Virus record (IMG/VR): IMGVR_UViG_3300033151_000166
Span: 1-64,000 of that record
Strand: one strand, 5' to 3'
Source of the DNA: a virus
Length of the DNA: 64,000 bases
Positions 9,505-19,310 of this stretch are shown here, piece by piece; position 1 is the stretch's first letter, and every line of letters begins with the position of its first letter. The translations under genes and the position numbers were made by a program. The notes under the pieces were generated by a model. That model ran no database searches, had not been told where the DNA came from, and was given only the letters and a program-made list of their open reading frames with translations.

Positions 9505-11121
9505 TCACTTTATTACAGCGGTTGATATCATAGGTTTAGCTACGTGTTGTGTGCTGGCACCAAAGATATCTATCGCTAACTTCATGTAGCCTAGAGCATG
9601 TAAGAAGTGATCTGGTTTAACCTTAACATATCTTACTGCCTCTACCTCATCATCCTTGAGCCTCTGCTTAATCATACCGTGCATGTGCTTCTCAAAAGTA
9701 TCATACTCATTACTGACGGAGACTGCAATTTCATCTGTAGCTAGAACCTTATCATATAGCATAGTCCTATTGACTGTGACGTCTTGCTCATTTGACTTAA
9801 GTGCAAAGTAGTCTTTCTGGTTATCAGAGTAGTAACAAGTAAAGGCCTTGCCTGGTAACATATCTCTAATATCTGCCGAGAGTTTGGTCTGCGGCAGTGC
9901 GTCTAGTACCATGCCTACAATGAAGTACTTATAGATAAGCTCTTTGACTCTAGCCTTAATCTTATGCTCAGAGACCTTCTCTGTAGAACATATGACTAAG
10001 CCTTTAGGTGTAGGGAAACCTAGGACTAACCAACAGTCTTTACCGAAGTCAATTCCAATGAATAAACCGTAACTCTCAGATGGATCATACTTACCAGGTT
10101 TAAGCTTATCTGTATCAAAGATCTGATTAGCATCAATGTAGTCTTCACCCAAACCAAAGTTAACCCAGTCAGAATACAGTTCGTAGTCTTCACGTGATCT
10201 AAGTAAGTCAAACGGTCGTTGTGTCTCTGTGTGCCAAGGTCTAACCTGATAGCCTGATATGAAACGACCTGGGTGTTCAGCAACCCACTCCATAGCAGTG
10301 TACTCATTATAGTTCATAGGTCTTCTACACTTCTCACACTGCATCACTACTTGATCAGGTCCGATCATAACCAAGTCATCCAATGTAATGTTCTCAAGTG
10401 GTACATCATAATAGTCATCGTGTAGGATCTTTACGTCTCTGAAGAAGTCGTGGTTGTTCCAATGATTACAGTGTGGACACTTTTGAAGGTACTGTTTCTT
10501 AGTACTAAGTTCAAACTCTTTAGACACACCAAAGTCAGGTATAGTAGGCGTAGAGAATCTCTTAATGATCTTATGTTTAGAGTGTGATAGACGTGAGTTG
10601 TATTTACCAACAACTGCCATATCGGAGAAATCGTACTCATCTGTGATGATTGCATCTGCTGGAACTGAAATAGCTGATGAGCTTCCTTTAGTTCCCTTTA
10701 TATATAAGTAAGACTTTCCTAGTTGTTTGAGCTCTTTTGAGTCTACCTTATAATTCAATAAGTTGTGCATAAGAGGCGCCTCTTTAACGATCTCATCTAC
10801 ACGTGTAGTAGAGAAGTTAAGCGCCATGGTTCTAGTAGGTTGTGTCATGATAACAGTCAGACCTTGGTTACGTACTAAGAAAGCCAAGCCCCAACGAATA
10901 ATAATTTCTGTTAGTCCTACCTGCGAACACTTCTTAACTACCATCTGTTGAGCATTGTCATTAAGAATTTCTCTTTGGAACTCATGACCGGCAAGTGAGA
11001 AGTTACGTCCTAGTAGTTTAGTGTTAGCTTCAATCCAATCAGCATTGGTTTGACCGTGGCTTAGCAGTCCGTAGCGACCCATAAGCTCAGCTCTAAAGTT
11101 AGTTATGTAGGGATTATGCAT
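9505..11121 (-). CDS. terL: Terminase large subunit (lambda GpA-like family)
   Basis: KCSQVGLTE Walker A variant, IITDEYD Walker B, FSTPT motif, CPHC/CEKC zinc motifs, GIDFG nuclease motif, DHFLHA. Start likely the ATG at 11121. Confidence 0.92.
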   Translation of the reverse strand: MHNPYITNFRAELMGRYGLLSHGQTNADWIEANTKLLGRNFSLAGHEFQREILNDNAQQMVVKKCSQVGLTEIIIRWGLAFLVRNQGLTVIMTQPTRTMALNFSTTRVDEIVKEAPLMHNLLNYKVDSKELKQLGKSYLYIKGTKGSSSAISVPADAIITDEYDFSDMAVVGKYNSRLSHSKHKIIKRFSTPTIPDFGVSKEFELSTKKQYLQKCPHCNHWNNHDFFRDVKILHDDYYDVPLENITLDDLVMIGPDQVVMQCEKCRRPMNYNEYTAMEWVAEHPGRFISGYQVRPWHTETQRPFDLLRSREDYELYSDWVNFGLGEDYIDANQIFDTDKLKPGKYDPSESYGLFIGIDFGKDCWLVLGFPTPKGLVICSTEKVSEHKIKARVKELIYKYFIVGMVLDALPQTKLSADIRDMLPGKAFTCYYSDNQKDYFALKSNEQDVTVNRTMLYDKVLATDEIAVSVSNEYDTFEKHMHGMIKQRLKDDEVEAVRYVKVKPDHFLHALGYMKLAIDIFGASTQHVAKPMISTAVIK

Positions 11122-11506
11122 TACCTTGCTCCAAGGCACTTATTACTTTGTCTCGTAATATAGGATCTGCTTCATCGAGAGCTGCAAGAACCGCTTCTTT
11201 AAAGGCTTTAACTGCCTCAATACCAGCTAACTTCTCTTCATTACGCATAATAAAAGTAAGGAACTTCTGAGCCTCTTTTACTACGTTAAGGTCTTCAGGG
11301 GTTTCAATTGCTGTTAGTGAATCTAAATACGATTGCACAAGCTTATATGCCTTAGTAAACTCGTCTTTGAGCTCGAATTGTGAATCCTTAACATCGAATA
11401 ATTTCTTAATGTCTTCGCGATATTCAGCATCAACCAGAAGGTCAATAGCGTCTGGATTTTTCTCAATTCGCATCAAGGCTCTGTATACATTGCCGTCTAT
11501 AATCAT
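11114..11506 (-). CDS. Candidate terminase small subunit
   Basis: 130-aa helical protein overlapping the TerL start; position only. Confidence 0.45.
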   Translation of the reverse strand: MIIDGNVYRALMRIEKNPDAIDLLVDAEYREDIKKLFDVKDSQFELKDEFTKAYKLVQSYLDSLTAIETPEDLNVVKEAQKFLTFIMRNEEKLAGIEAVKAFKEAVLAALDEADPILRDKVISALEQGNA

Positions 11507-13395
11507 GGGTCCGCCCTTGGGTCTATTACACTAAAGTGTGCGTACGGTAAAGGCAAAGGCCAATACCACTTACACTCTGCACACCCTACTACTACGCCTA
11601 GATCAGCTAGTTCTTCCACTACCTCTACAGGTAGTTTTTCTTGAATAGCTTTGTACAGTCTTTGCGCTTCATTAGTAAGATGCTCTTCCGGGAAATCTGA
11701 GTACTGTTTCAGTCTACTATAGTCGTAGACCTCTGGAGTATATAAAACAAAGTATGCCCGCGCTGATGATGTTAGGCTCAGATACTGGTCCTCCAATAGT
11801 ATACACCCGCTAAAGTCCAATTGCTTAGTGGGTATTCCGTACTTAGAAACAGCTCCGTCCTGGTCTATAGGTGTATAAGCAATCTCAGCGTTTGGGTTAC
11901 CATCGTTTATGTTCCACTCTGATTTGAGTGCTAGATCTACGCCTACTAACTTGACACCAGCCTTAACAACTGTAGAGCCAGTAGTAGTCATCCAACAGCT
12001 ATCCAGTTGAGCACCTTGTTCGACAGTGACACTGCCAGTTTCAATAGCACAACTAACCATAACGGCTTCACTCTGAGTGATCACTTGGCCCTTAAAATCA
12101 CAGTATTCAATGACAGTGTTTGGTCCAAGAGCTATAGAACAGTTGCTTACACTAGAACTACGGATAGCAATCTTGCCTGTACCGTTAATAGAACAATCTT
12201 TAAGGACGATAGCATTGGAAATGAGCACCTCACCTGCGGTCATAACGATATTCTTAGCCTGTACGTTGTTAATAGTAAGCTTGCTAGCTGTAAGATCACA
12301 CCCTGTAAAGTTAGTTCTAGTAGCAATCATCTCTCCAACTGCGTAGTTACCAGCAAGTAGCATACAACTATCAAGGAAACCAGCTCCTATTGTACCGAGT
12401 ATATCGTCTTTTTCCTCACACAATATCTTAGTATTCTTGAGATCAGCTCCACATACGTAGTCTGTCTGGTTGAAACGGAGACATGAATCGGTAGCATTAG
12501 CGAGAGTAAGGTTACCCCAGTTCATGGCAATAGTGTTTCCCTGTAGTACCTTACCCTTAATAAAGTAGCGAGGCACTGTTCCGTCTAATATATTCATATC
12601 AAAGAACTGATTGTCATAGGCTTCGTCACATTCAATACGTGATGCATTCATGTAGTTACGGTCAAAGACTCCTTTGAACTTACCGTGTACTGACTTGTCA
12701 TCTCCAGGCGAACTCATAGTAGCAAGGTGATATACTCTGAAAGCATTAGCATACAAGAACGTCTTGAAGCTAAACCAGTTGTCCGGACCAATCTCTGCCT
12801 CGCCAAATACGGAGTTGTAATGGTTATTGTCACTAAAGCTAGGAGAGTTAAGAGCAACCGTAGCAAGGCGGTATCCATCTATCTTCATAGTCTGTGGCTT
12901 AGCAGTATACATCCAAGCATAATATTGTCCGATGCCTACCGAGAACAGTTCTTGATGGAGGAACGAAGCTCTAAAGTATGGAGGTGCACCTTCAAAGTAT
13001 CTATTAGGATGAACAAAAGGTGTAGTGAACATATCTCTAGTTACCTCATAGTCTGCACCCTTCTGCGTAAATGGTCCCACAGTTCTCTTCGGCAGTCCTG
13101 GTGATACTACTAGATATGTACAGTCGTCTGCCTGCTTCGCATGGTAATACATGTCAGGGTCATATGGTAACAAGTCATCTGGTATGTTGTCAAACCACTT
13201 CTGGTATTCAGCACATGTTCCAAGACAACTGGCTTGGCCAAATGAGTGCCAGACTCCTACCTCGGTACGATAGCCATTGTAAGGTTTACTCTCCCAACTG
13301 GTGGCTGTAGCTGGTAGGGATGCAGGTGCGCTGCCATCTGATGGGTATCCTGAGCCATTGCCATGGTTAATGCCGAGCTCTCTTTCTATGCCCAT
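11503..13395 (-). CDS. Hypothetical protein with beta-helix-like central region
   Basis: 630 aa; residues ~250-500 show short Cys/Asn/Ile beta-strand periodicity; AAGGA RBS; first gene of the leftward operon. Confidence 0.6.
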   Translation of the reverse strand: MGIERELGINHGNGSGYPSDGSAPASLPATATSWESKPYNGYRTEVGVWHSFGQASCLGTCAEYQKWFDNIPDDLLPYDPDMYYHAKQADDCTYLVVSPGLPKRTVGPFTQKGADYEVTRDMFTTPFVHPNRYFEGAPPYFRASFLHQELFSVGIGQYYAWMYTAKPQTMKIDGYRLATVALNSPSFSDNNHYNSVFGEAEIGPDNWFSFKTFLYANAFRVYHLATMSSPGDDKSVHGKFKGVFDRNYMNASRIECDEAYDNQFFDMNILDGTVPRYFIKGKVLQGNTIAMNWGNLTLANATDSCLRFNQTDYVCGADLKNTKILCEEKDDILGTIGAGFLDSCMLLAGNYAVGEMIATRTNFTGCDLTASKLTINNVQAKNIVMTAGEVLISNAIVLKDCSINGTGKIAIRSSSVSNCSIALGPNTVIEYCDFKGQVITQSEAVMVSCAIETGSVTVEQGAQLDSCWMTTTGSTVVKAGVKLVGVDLALKSEWNINDGNPNAEIAYTPIDQDGAVSKYGIPTKQLDFSGCILLEDQYLSLTSSARAYFVLYTPEVYDYSRLKQYSDFPEEHLTNEAQRLYKAIQEKLPVEVVEELADLGVVVGCAECKWYWPLPLPYAHFSVIDPRADP

Positions 13396-13424
13396 GATGA
13401 TTCCTTAATAAAGATTTAATCTTT

Positions 13425-13437
13425 CTTATGGTATAAT
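13425..13437 (+). promoter_or_regulatory. Extended -10 promoter variant (CTTATGGTATAAT)
   Basis: Matches the genome-wide CTyrTGnTATAAT motif; upstream of the first plus-strand genes. Confidence 0.55.
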
Positions 13438-13483
13438 GTATTATTGGTAGGCACTGATATGTAGAAAAAATTTTTGGTGGTTT

Positions 13484-13575
13484 TTAGCTCACTGATGGTA
13501 GCTGGTAAAAAATTTCCTGGATGCATAGAAGAGTTAGTTCACTGATGGTAGCTGGTAAAAAAATTTCCTGGATGC
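13484..13575. repeat. Two ~41-bp direct repeats at 50-bp period
   Basis: TTAGyTCACTGATGGTAGCTGGTAAAAAA(A)TTTCCTGGATGC at 13484 and 13534; degenerate partial copy near 13452. Confidence 0.9.
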
Positions 13576-13663
13576 GCAGCGGGGCTATATATGTGTGTCA
13601 TACGCACATGTAAATAAAGGCATGGTACCCGCCTTAAGCGGTAGCAGTACGAAAGGTTATGGT

Positions 13664-13753
13664 ATGTTCAAGTATATCTGGTTGAAGATGGATAAGGTAG
13701 AGCAGTTAGTAGATAGAGCAGCACTCTGGTGCGAAGACAAAGGATGGTTGTAA
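13664..13753 (+). CDS. Small early protein (29 aa, not in ORF track)
   Basis: AAAGG RBS, MFKYIWLKMDKVEQLVDRAALWCEDKGWL, TAATG coupling to the next gene. Confidence 0.5.
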   Translation: MFKYIWLKMDKVEQLVDRAALWCEDKGWL

Positions 13754-13950
13754 TGTTAGGTATTAAATGGCACGCGAATAATGTACGATATGAGAAACAA
13801 AACATCAGCTTCTGGGTTAAGGCAGTGGCTATTGCTAAGATGCAACAGCGTAGTACGATGTTTGCTAAAGAGTGTCTAATGGATGCTATCACTAGATTAG
13901 ATCATTATAAACAACAACTGAAAGAGGAGATTGGATTATGTACAGAGTAA
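13753..13950 (+). CDS. Hypothetical early protein
   Basis: ORF; start moved to the TAATG-coupled ATG. Confidence 0.6.
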   Translation: MLGIKWHANNVRYEKQNISFWVKAVAIAKMQQRSTMFAKECLMDAITRLDHYKQQLKEEIGLCTE

Positions 13951-14186
13951 TTGATATAGCTGAGAAGCTACAGGCTGAGAGATTGTACCCACTGGCTATA
14001 GCTGGTGATAGGGTAGTGTGTGACTGGGAAGGTGACAGTAGCATAGTGGTATGGATGGTTAACCTACACGATGGTAGTACACATACAGGTAGATACTACA
14101 GGTATGAGGTATCAGGTAACTATGGTTGTAAGACTAAGACTGAGGCTATAGAAGAAGCTATGGCATACTTCAAGTCTAAGATCTAG
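13938..14186 (+). CDS. Hypothetical early protein
   Basis: 82-aa ORF with GAGGAG RBS. Confidence 0.7.
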   Translation: MYRVIDIAEKLQAERLYPLAIAGDRVVCDWEGDSSIVVWMVNLHDGSTHTGRYYRYEVSGNYGCKTKTEAIEEAMAYFKSKI

Positions 14187-14253
14187 TGAGTAAGAGTGCA
14201 TGGTACGATGCACTCTACGGTCACTAGACCAAATCAAACACACAGGAGTTACT

Positions 14254-15000
14254 ATGAAGTTTAATAATCTTTATACTAATGAAACACATGCTATAATTCT
14301 TTTCGCTGATGGCGAAGTTAACAGTACTAAAGGTCAAGATCTATTGTGGAGTAGATCAATGCACTGCCTTAAGTTACCAGTTGTATCTATAGATGAGGTA
14401 CCTAATGAGCTATTAGCTCTATTCGATACATCATATGCTAATGTACCATGTATCTTATTAAGTAATGATGATGAGGTAGATGCCTATAGAGAGCTACTGT
14501 ATGCACATATAGGTGATCTTGATATACTTAAGATGCTAGGCTATGCTGCTATACATGGTTATATAGACCCTAATCGTATGGACTATATACGTAAAGATCT
14601 GTTTAATGTGGATAATGAGACATTCCCTAAGCAGGTAGTTGAGCTGTACCAGCAGTGTAAGAGTAATCAAGACTCTATAAGCGGCTATCTTAGACAGTAC
14701 TCTAGAGATATCCTTAAGAAGGATAAGGCATCACATGCTTGGATAGCTTACTGTAGAAGACAAGATAGTTATGGCTGGTGGATGCTAGACAATCTAAGAA
14801 GACTAAAGGAGGAGTTTAAAGATCCATCTGGTAAGCAGCGTATGAGTGCTAAACAAGAGCTTAGATTAACCTACGCTAAGCTAGCAAAGGAGGTACCTAT
14901 AGGGCATAGAAAGAGATGGGAGATAGACTGGGCACTCAAGGATAAGGACTTACGAGCATACAAGCTTGATGAGTTAATTAAAATCATAAAGGAACTGTAA
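14254..15000 (+). CDS. Hypothetical early protein
   Basis: AGGAG RBS before ATG 14254; the upstream in-frame ATG lies within a hairpin. Confidence 0.7.
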   Translation: MKFNNLYTNETHAIILFADGEVNSTKGQDLLWSRSMHCLKLPVVSIDEVPNELLALFDTSYANVPCILLSNDDEVDAYRELLYAHIGDLDILKMLGYAAIHGYIDPNRMDYIRKDLFNVDNETFPKQVVELYQQCKSNQDSISGYLRQYSRDILKKDKASHAWIAYCRRQDSYGWWMLDNLRRLKEEFKDPSGKQRMSAKQELRLTYAKLAKEVPIGHRKRWEIDWALKDKDLRAYKLDELIKIIKEL

Positions 15001-15467
15001 TGAGAGAAAGAATAATCACAGCTATGGCTGTAGTAGATAAGGCATGCTATGAGTTTGCTTCAGGTGGTATACCTGCTGAGGACTTAGTTGTACTGAATAA
15101 GTACAAGGCTAATGGTATGATTAAGTTCACTAAGGCACAGCTTAAGATTGGTGAGAACTTGTTCTTACCACTTATGGCTGACCCTGCTATGAGGGGTATA
15201 TACCTCAAGCTATGGGTTAAGATGGTAGTGCATGGTATAGCTAAGTATGGCATCAACAGTAAGTTTGGTGAGAGTACAGCTGCTACATACTTTAGTAACT
15301 TCGATCTGTATAGCCACAAGTATGGTATAGTGGCTATACAAGGACTAGAGTATGATGAGCTTAAGTCTGCATGTATGGTTATAAGCAATGATGATTTGTC
15401 ACCACTAGAGAAAGCGGATGACATGGGTATCTACAATGAACTAATTGAAGGAGAAGATAATGAGTAA
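15000..15467 (+). CDS. Hypothetical early protein
   Basis: 155-aa ORF, TAATG coupling, AAGGA RBS. Confidence 0.7.
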   Translation: MRERIITAMAVVDKACYEFASGGIPAEDLVVLNKYKANGMIKFTKAQLKIGENLFLPLMADPAMRGIYLKLWVKMVVHGIAKYGINSKFGESTAATYFSNFDLYSHKYGIVAIQGLEYDELKSACMVISNDDLSPLEKADDMGIYNELIEGEDNE

Positions 15468-15918
15468 AGAATACATGATGTCCATAGAGGCAGGTGGTGG
15501 TGAGTATGGTAATGGTGAAGTGTACAGTGATCCAGATGAATTGGTTTACTGGTGTATGAAGAATGGTTGCTTTAAGCTAGATAACACTGAATATAGGATT
15601 AACCTTAATCCTCGTGAAGGATGGTACATAGAGGGTCATGAGTGTAGTACACTAGCTGATCTAATGCAAACAATCACTAACCTGATTGATAACCATGAGA
15701 CACTGCATGCACTGAGCTATACTGATATAGGCAATGCTATGCATGATAATAAGGATAGCCTAGATAGGATAGAGCTAGAGAGTGCTATGAGTACTGCTGG
15801 CTGGTGCTATGCTATGGACTACTATAAGGTAGAGCGTAGTGAGGCAGACATGAGTGATACACTGGCTACATACATGGCTATTAAGTATCTAGATATATAC
15901 GAAAAGTGGGAGGTGTAA
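15460..15918 (+). CDS. Hypothetical acidic early protein
   Basis: AAGGAG RBS before ATG 15460. Confidence 0.7.
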   Translation: MSKEYMMSIEAGGGEYGNGEVYSDPDELVYWCMKNGCFKLDNTEYRINLNPREGWYIEGHECSTLADLMQTITNLIDNHETLHALSYTDIGNAMHDNKDSLDRIELESAMSTAGWCYAMDYYKVERSEADMSDTLATYMAIKYLDIYEKWEV

Positions 15919-15919
15919 G

Positions 15920-16246
15920 ATGAGTACAGTCTTTGCTAGAACAAACAACACAGAGGTATCAGTGGTATGTATCACTATACAAGAACATAATGACTGCATG
16001 GACTATATAGAGTCTGTGCTAAAGGCTAATAGCTATGATGTAGCTGCTATCAATAATGACCTATCTGAGACAGTGTTAATCACGTTTATGTCTCATGGTA
16101 GAGAAGACCTTAACATACACGTAGAAAGAGACTTATTGACTGGAGCCTTTATATATGGCCTTGTTGTAATAGAGTGTCACTATTGGACTAGACTAGATAT
16201 TAGCTTAGAAGCCTTGCTTATAGAGCTTAAACACCGATACACATAA
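15920..16246 (+). CDS. Hypothetical early protein
   Basis: GGAGG RBS, 108 aa. Confidence 0.7.
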   Translation: MSTVFARTNNTEVSVVCITIQEHNDCMDYIESVLKANSYDVAAINNDLSETVLITFMSHGREDLNIHVERDLLTGAFIYGLVVIECHYWTRLDISLEALLIELKHRYT

Positions 16247-16278
16247 GTATCGACACTGGATGTTTCCTGAAAGAACCT

Positions 16279-16836
16279 ATGAAAGAAGATATGATGAATG
16301 AGATTAAAAGAGCGAGTTGGTGGTTTGAGGCTGAGATGGTATCAGATGTGGCTGATAAGGCAATCAGTATAGTGTCAACAACAGATGAAGTACGATTTGT
16401 CTTTGCTGAGGTTATGGATAGAGACACGGCTATGAGTAATCTAATTGACTTCCTACCTGATCATGAATGGTATATACCAAGACACACAGCTAATCATACA
16501 CTAACTGTCTATCGTGAAGCACCAGATGCATTCATGTTCAAAGACCTTGTATGTGAGACTGATGAGTATAAAGGCCAAGAGCGTAAGATCAGAGTAAGAG
16601 GCTTTGGTGACATATTCTTATGGAAGAACCTAGACAGTGACATAGGTGAACATAGATGGTTTCCCTCTGGTATAACTCTTCTACCTAGAGAGCACTCATA
16701 TGTATACTCTGATGGTGCAGTGTTCTACTTTGACTTTATGAACAAACTAGGTAAGTTCCTAGATTGTGATGCCGATCAGTTACGTTTCATAGTAGCTAGT
16801 CAGAACCTGATGAATTCAGTAAGCTATAGGAGCTAG
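16279..16836 (+). CDS. Hypothetical early protein
   Basis: 185-aa ORF. Confidence 0.7.
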   Translation: MKEDMMNEIKRASWWFEAEMVSDVADKAISIVSTTDEVRFVFAEVMDRDTAMSNLIDFLPDHEWYIPRHTANHTLTVYREAPDAFMFKDLVCETDEYKGQERKIRVRGFGDIFLWKNLDSDIGEHRWFPSGITLLPREHSYVYSDGAVFYFDFMNKLGKFLDCDADQLRFIVASQNLMNSVSYRS

Positions 16837-16838
16837 AG

Positions 16839-17081
16839 ATGAAATTTCACGAAAAACAGATAATGAGAACAATGATATTCCTTGAGGCCTGTGAAGGTGA
16901 GCAAGGCTGTGTGTCTATAGAAGACTTAACTATCAAGTACGACTACTGGATAAATGGTTATGCTCAAGAGACACTTAAACTGTCTATACTAGACAAGGAT
17001 GATGATGTTCTATGGATGACAGACGGTCCAACACGAAGATCACTCAGAGATTTACACGATATATTAGGAGAGTCAGTATGA
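16839..17081 (+). CDS. Hypothetical early protein
   Basis: AGGAG RBS, 80 aa. Confidence 0.65.
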   Translation: MKFHEKQIMRTMIFLEACEGEQGCVSIEDLTIKYDYWINGYAQETLKLSILDKDDDVLWMTDGPTRRSLRDLHDILGESV

Positions 17082-17260
17082 AATATGTAGTATACACGGA
17101 AGAGACAATCCGTAAAGGGTTTGTAGTCGAGGCTGACAGTCGTGAGGCTGCCATAGTTGAGTTTGAGCGTCAAGAGAAAGATGGTACAGCATATGAGAGT
17201 GAAGATGCTGACTACTTTCAAGAGTCACCGACTGTAATCACTGATGCTGAGCTAGTTTAA
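17078..17260 (+). CDS. DpnD/PcfM-like small protein
   Basis: MKYVVYTEETIRKGFVVEADSREAA pattern; AGGAG RBS; ATGA overlap. Confidence 0.55.
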   Translation: MKYVVYTEETIRKGFVVEADSREAAIVEFERQEKDGTAYESEDADYFQESPTVITDAELV

Positions 17261-17311
17261 GCTTATTAACCACACTGGATGTTGCCTGTAATAAATATAA
17301 AGGAGTCTTAA

Positions 17312-17662
17312 ATGACTTTCATAATCACCAAAGAACTATTAACCGCCGCTTCTGCTAACCACCTATCTAGCTTCAATAGAGCCATTGCAGACCACACTAC
17401 AGCTGATAACATGGGTTGTGACCTAGAACACGCGCCATATCAGGTATCTGATGTTATTCCTCTATTAGCAGTCCGTTTCGCTGATAATAGTATGTATGAG
17501 GATGCTTGTGCTGAATTACCAGCTGGATCTTACCTAATCAACGATATTGATGAGGATATGTTGATGACACCTGAGAGAATCAGCGATTTTGAGCAGACAT
17601 TGAGCAATTATGCTCACGATCTGTACCTTCCAGGCAGTGATCTACTAGTTAATGTAGTATAG
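17312..17662 (+). CDS. Hypothetical acidic protein
   Basis: AAAGGAG RBS, 116 aa. Confidence 0.7.
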   Translation: MTFIITKELLTAASANHLSSFNRAIADHTTADNMGCDLEHAPYQVSDVIPLLAVRFADNSMYEDACAELPAGSYLINDIDEDMLMTPERISDFEQTLSNYAHDLYLPGSDLLVNVV

Positions 17663-17707
17663 TGAGCAGTTATAGCACCTTCCGAGGTGCTATATAGTGC
17701 TTATTTT
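17661..17707 (+). terminator. Strong hairpin (terminator or processing site)
   Basis: TATAGCACCT-TCCG-AGGTGCTATA perfect 10-bp stem, with an outer stem and a T-rich tail. Confidence 0.65.
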
Positions 17708-17925
17708 GAGCCAATAGCGTACTATCAACGCAAAAACAAGGCAATTATACACAAAATACACTAAAATCGAGGCCCATATCATGGCTTATATAGCTAGTGA
17801 TATAACTTAGTAAGTAGAATACTCGTGCGATTATATTCTATAACTACACCTCACGTCCGGCACATAAGCGGGGGTCTAACATCATTTTAGCTATACCATC
17901 CGAATAGCAAGAAAGACCCATCCCG

Positions 17926-18083
17926 CTTGTGATATAATATGTATCAAGAGCAAGGAAGCACTGAGACATATCGATTCTCAGAGTAACTTTAATCTCACTT
18001 GTGATATAATATATGTATGAGTGACTGAGAACCAGCGAGATTTGAAAGAGTCAAAGCAATCTTCAGTCCACTTGCGATATAAT
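17926..18083 (+). promoter_or_regulatory. Three tandem extended -10 promoters
   Basis: CTTGTGATATAAT at 17926 and 17998, CTTGCGATATAAT at 18071; spacing 72 and 73 bp. Confidence 0.8.
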
Positions 18084-18126
18084 ATATATCAAGAGTGAGA
18101 GCTCAAATCAAATCAAGGAGTTCTAA

Positions 18127-18528
18127 ATGAACTTTTCAATCCCAACTGTCGAAGACATCGTAACCAAGTACCAAGCTGTAGAGCTGGACAACCCTGAGCA
18201 AGCAAAAGCTGAACTTATGAAGTTGAACAAAGACGAACTTGTCGAACGTTTAATCCAAGCAACAAGCCACCGTAGTGGAACTGTCCAAGAACTTGCTAAA
18301 GCAATCCTTCAAGATGAGGAGCTGATCGCTGCGAACTATGAGACCATTGCTGATGCCATTAAAGTAATGATGCCTACTGCCAAGACGAGCTCAAAGAGCA
18401 TTGCTTCATATGTAAGCAAGAAACGTGAAGAGTGGGAACTACCTCCAAGAATTCGTATCGCCACTCAACGTCCAAAGAAGGTACCTGAACCTGAAGCTGA
18501 AGCTGAAGCACCTGAAGCTGAAGCGTAA
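18127..18528 (+). CDS. Putative HTH DNA-binding protein with acidic EA-rich tail
   Basis: ILQDEEL..NYETIADAIK...TSSKSIASY aligns with the 27728-28228 product; AAGGAG RBS. Confidence 0.6.
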   Translation: MNFSIPTVEDIVTKYQAVELDNPEQAKAELMKLNKDELVERLIQATSHRSGTVQELAKAILQDEELIAANYETIADAIKVMMPTAKTSSKSIASYVSKKREEWELPPRIRIATQRPKKVPEPEAEAEAPEAEA

Positions 18529-18641
18529 TGGCATTGGCATGGCTATTAGGCCTTGCCGTGTTCCTCTACTCTGTATACGTAGCTGTGAGGTACGTGATCC
18601 CAGCTATCATTCTTCTAACCTACGAATTGTTTAATTCATAG
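18528..18641 (+). CDS. Small membrane protein (37 aa, not in ORF track)
   Basis: TAATG-coupled; MALAWLLGLAVFLYSVYVAVRYVIPAIILLTYELFNS. Confidence 0.55.
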   Translation: MALAWLLGLAVFLYSVYVAVRYVIPAIILLTYELFNS

Positions 18642-19185
18642 GTTCACCCTCCCCACCATTTCATATATCATATTTATTCCGCGAGCCACAACATTTGGGA
18701 ACTATTTTTGTAAAATAATGCAACCCATTTGACTCAATCATTTATCGTATTTCATCCAATCGTGACCGATTTTTGATGCCTGTAACAGCGAGTCGTGAAA
18801 AACGTCAAGGGGTAAGGGACATTTGCAAAATTTTAATTTGGTTTTTCACGTCTAAATATTATGTAAAAGGTACAAATAGACTCTATTTTCATAGACGTCC
18901 AACAGCTGTGATTACCATTGCCATTACAGTGCGATCACTCACAGCGCTTAACAGTGGACTTTTTTTACACATATATATATATATAATAAAGTTATTAAAA
19001 ATAAATATAATATATAATCTTCATGCATATTGACACCGGCTGCATGTTTTGCTCTTTGTTATTTTTATGCGCTGCGTTTTTTTTACAGTCGTACGCTACA
19101 AGGCGTGTTAACATACAATTCGATACTATATTACAAAAATATATTATGAGTCACAGTTCAGCTAATTCCACTGCGTGCGAGCTCA

Positions 19186-19310
19186 ATGGCAATGGCATTT
19201 AACCTTTAACATCTAGGCATTTAACATTTAACATTTAGGCATCAGGCATTTAACATTAGGCAATGGCATTTAACATTAGGCAATGGCAATGGCATCAGGC
19301 AAATCAGCAT
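19186..19310. repeat. Short-unit repeat tract (GGCAAT/GGCATT/TAACAT)
   Basis: Includes GGCATTTTAACATTAGGCAAT twice in tandem. Confidence 0.85.

Noticed and set aside
17926-18095. CRISPR mini-array (three repeats at ~72-bp period)
   Set aside because: The repeated core is the promoter motif found at ten other intergenic sites; the flanks diverge and no cas genes are present.
18636-18646. 11-nt antisense match (TTCATAGGTTC) to the start of gene 16279
   Set aside because: Short, overlaps the stop of a small ORF and has no supporting structure; plausible by chance.
18773-19033. 86-aa ORF in the ORF track
   Set aside because: TTG start, no RBS, and it runs through an (AT)n tract; better explained as non-coding.
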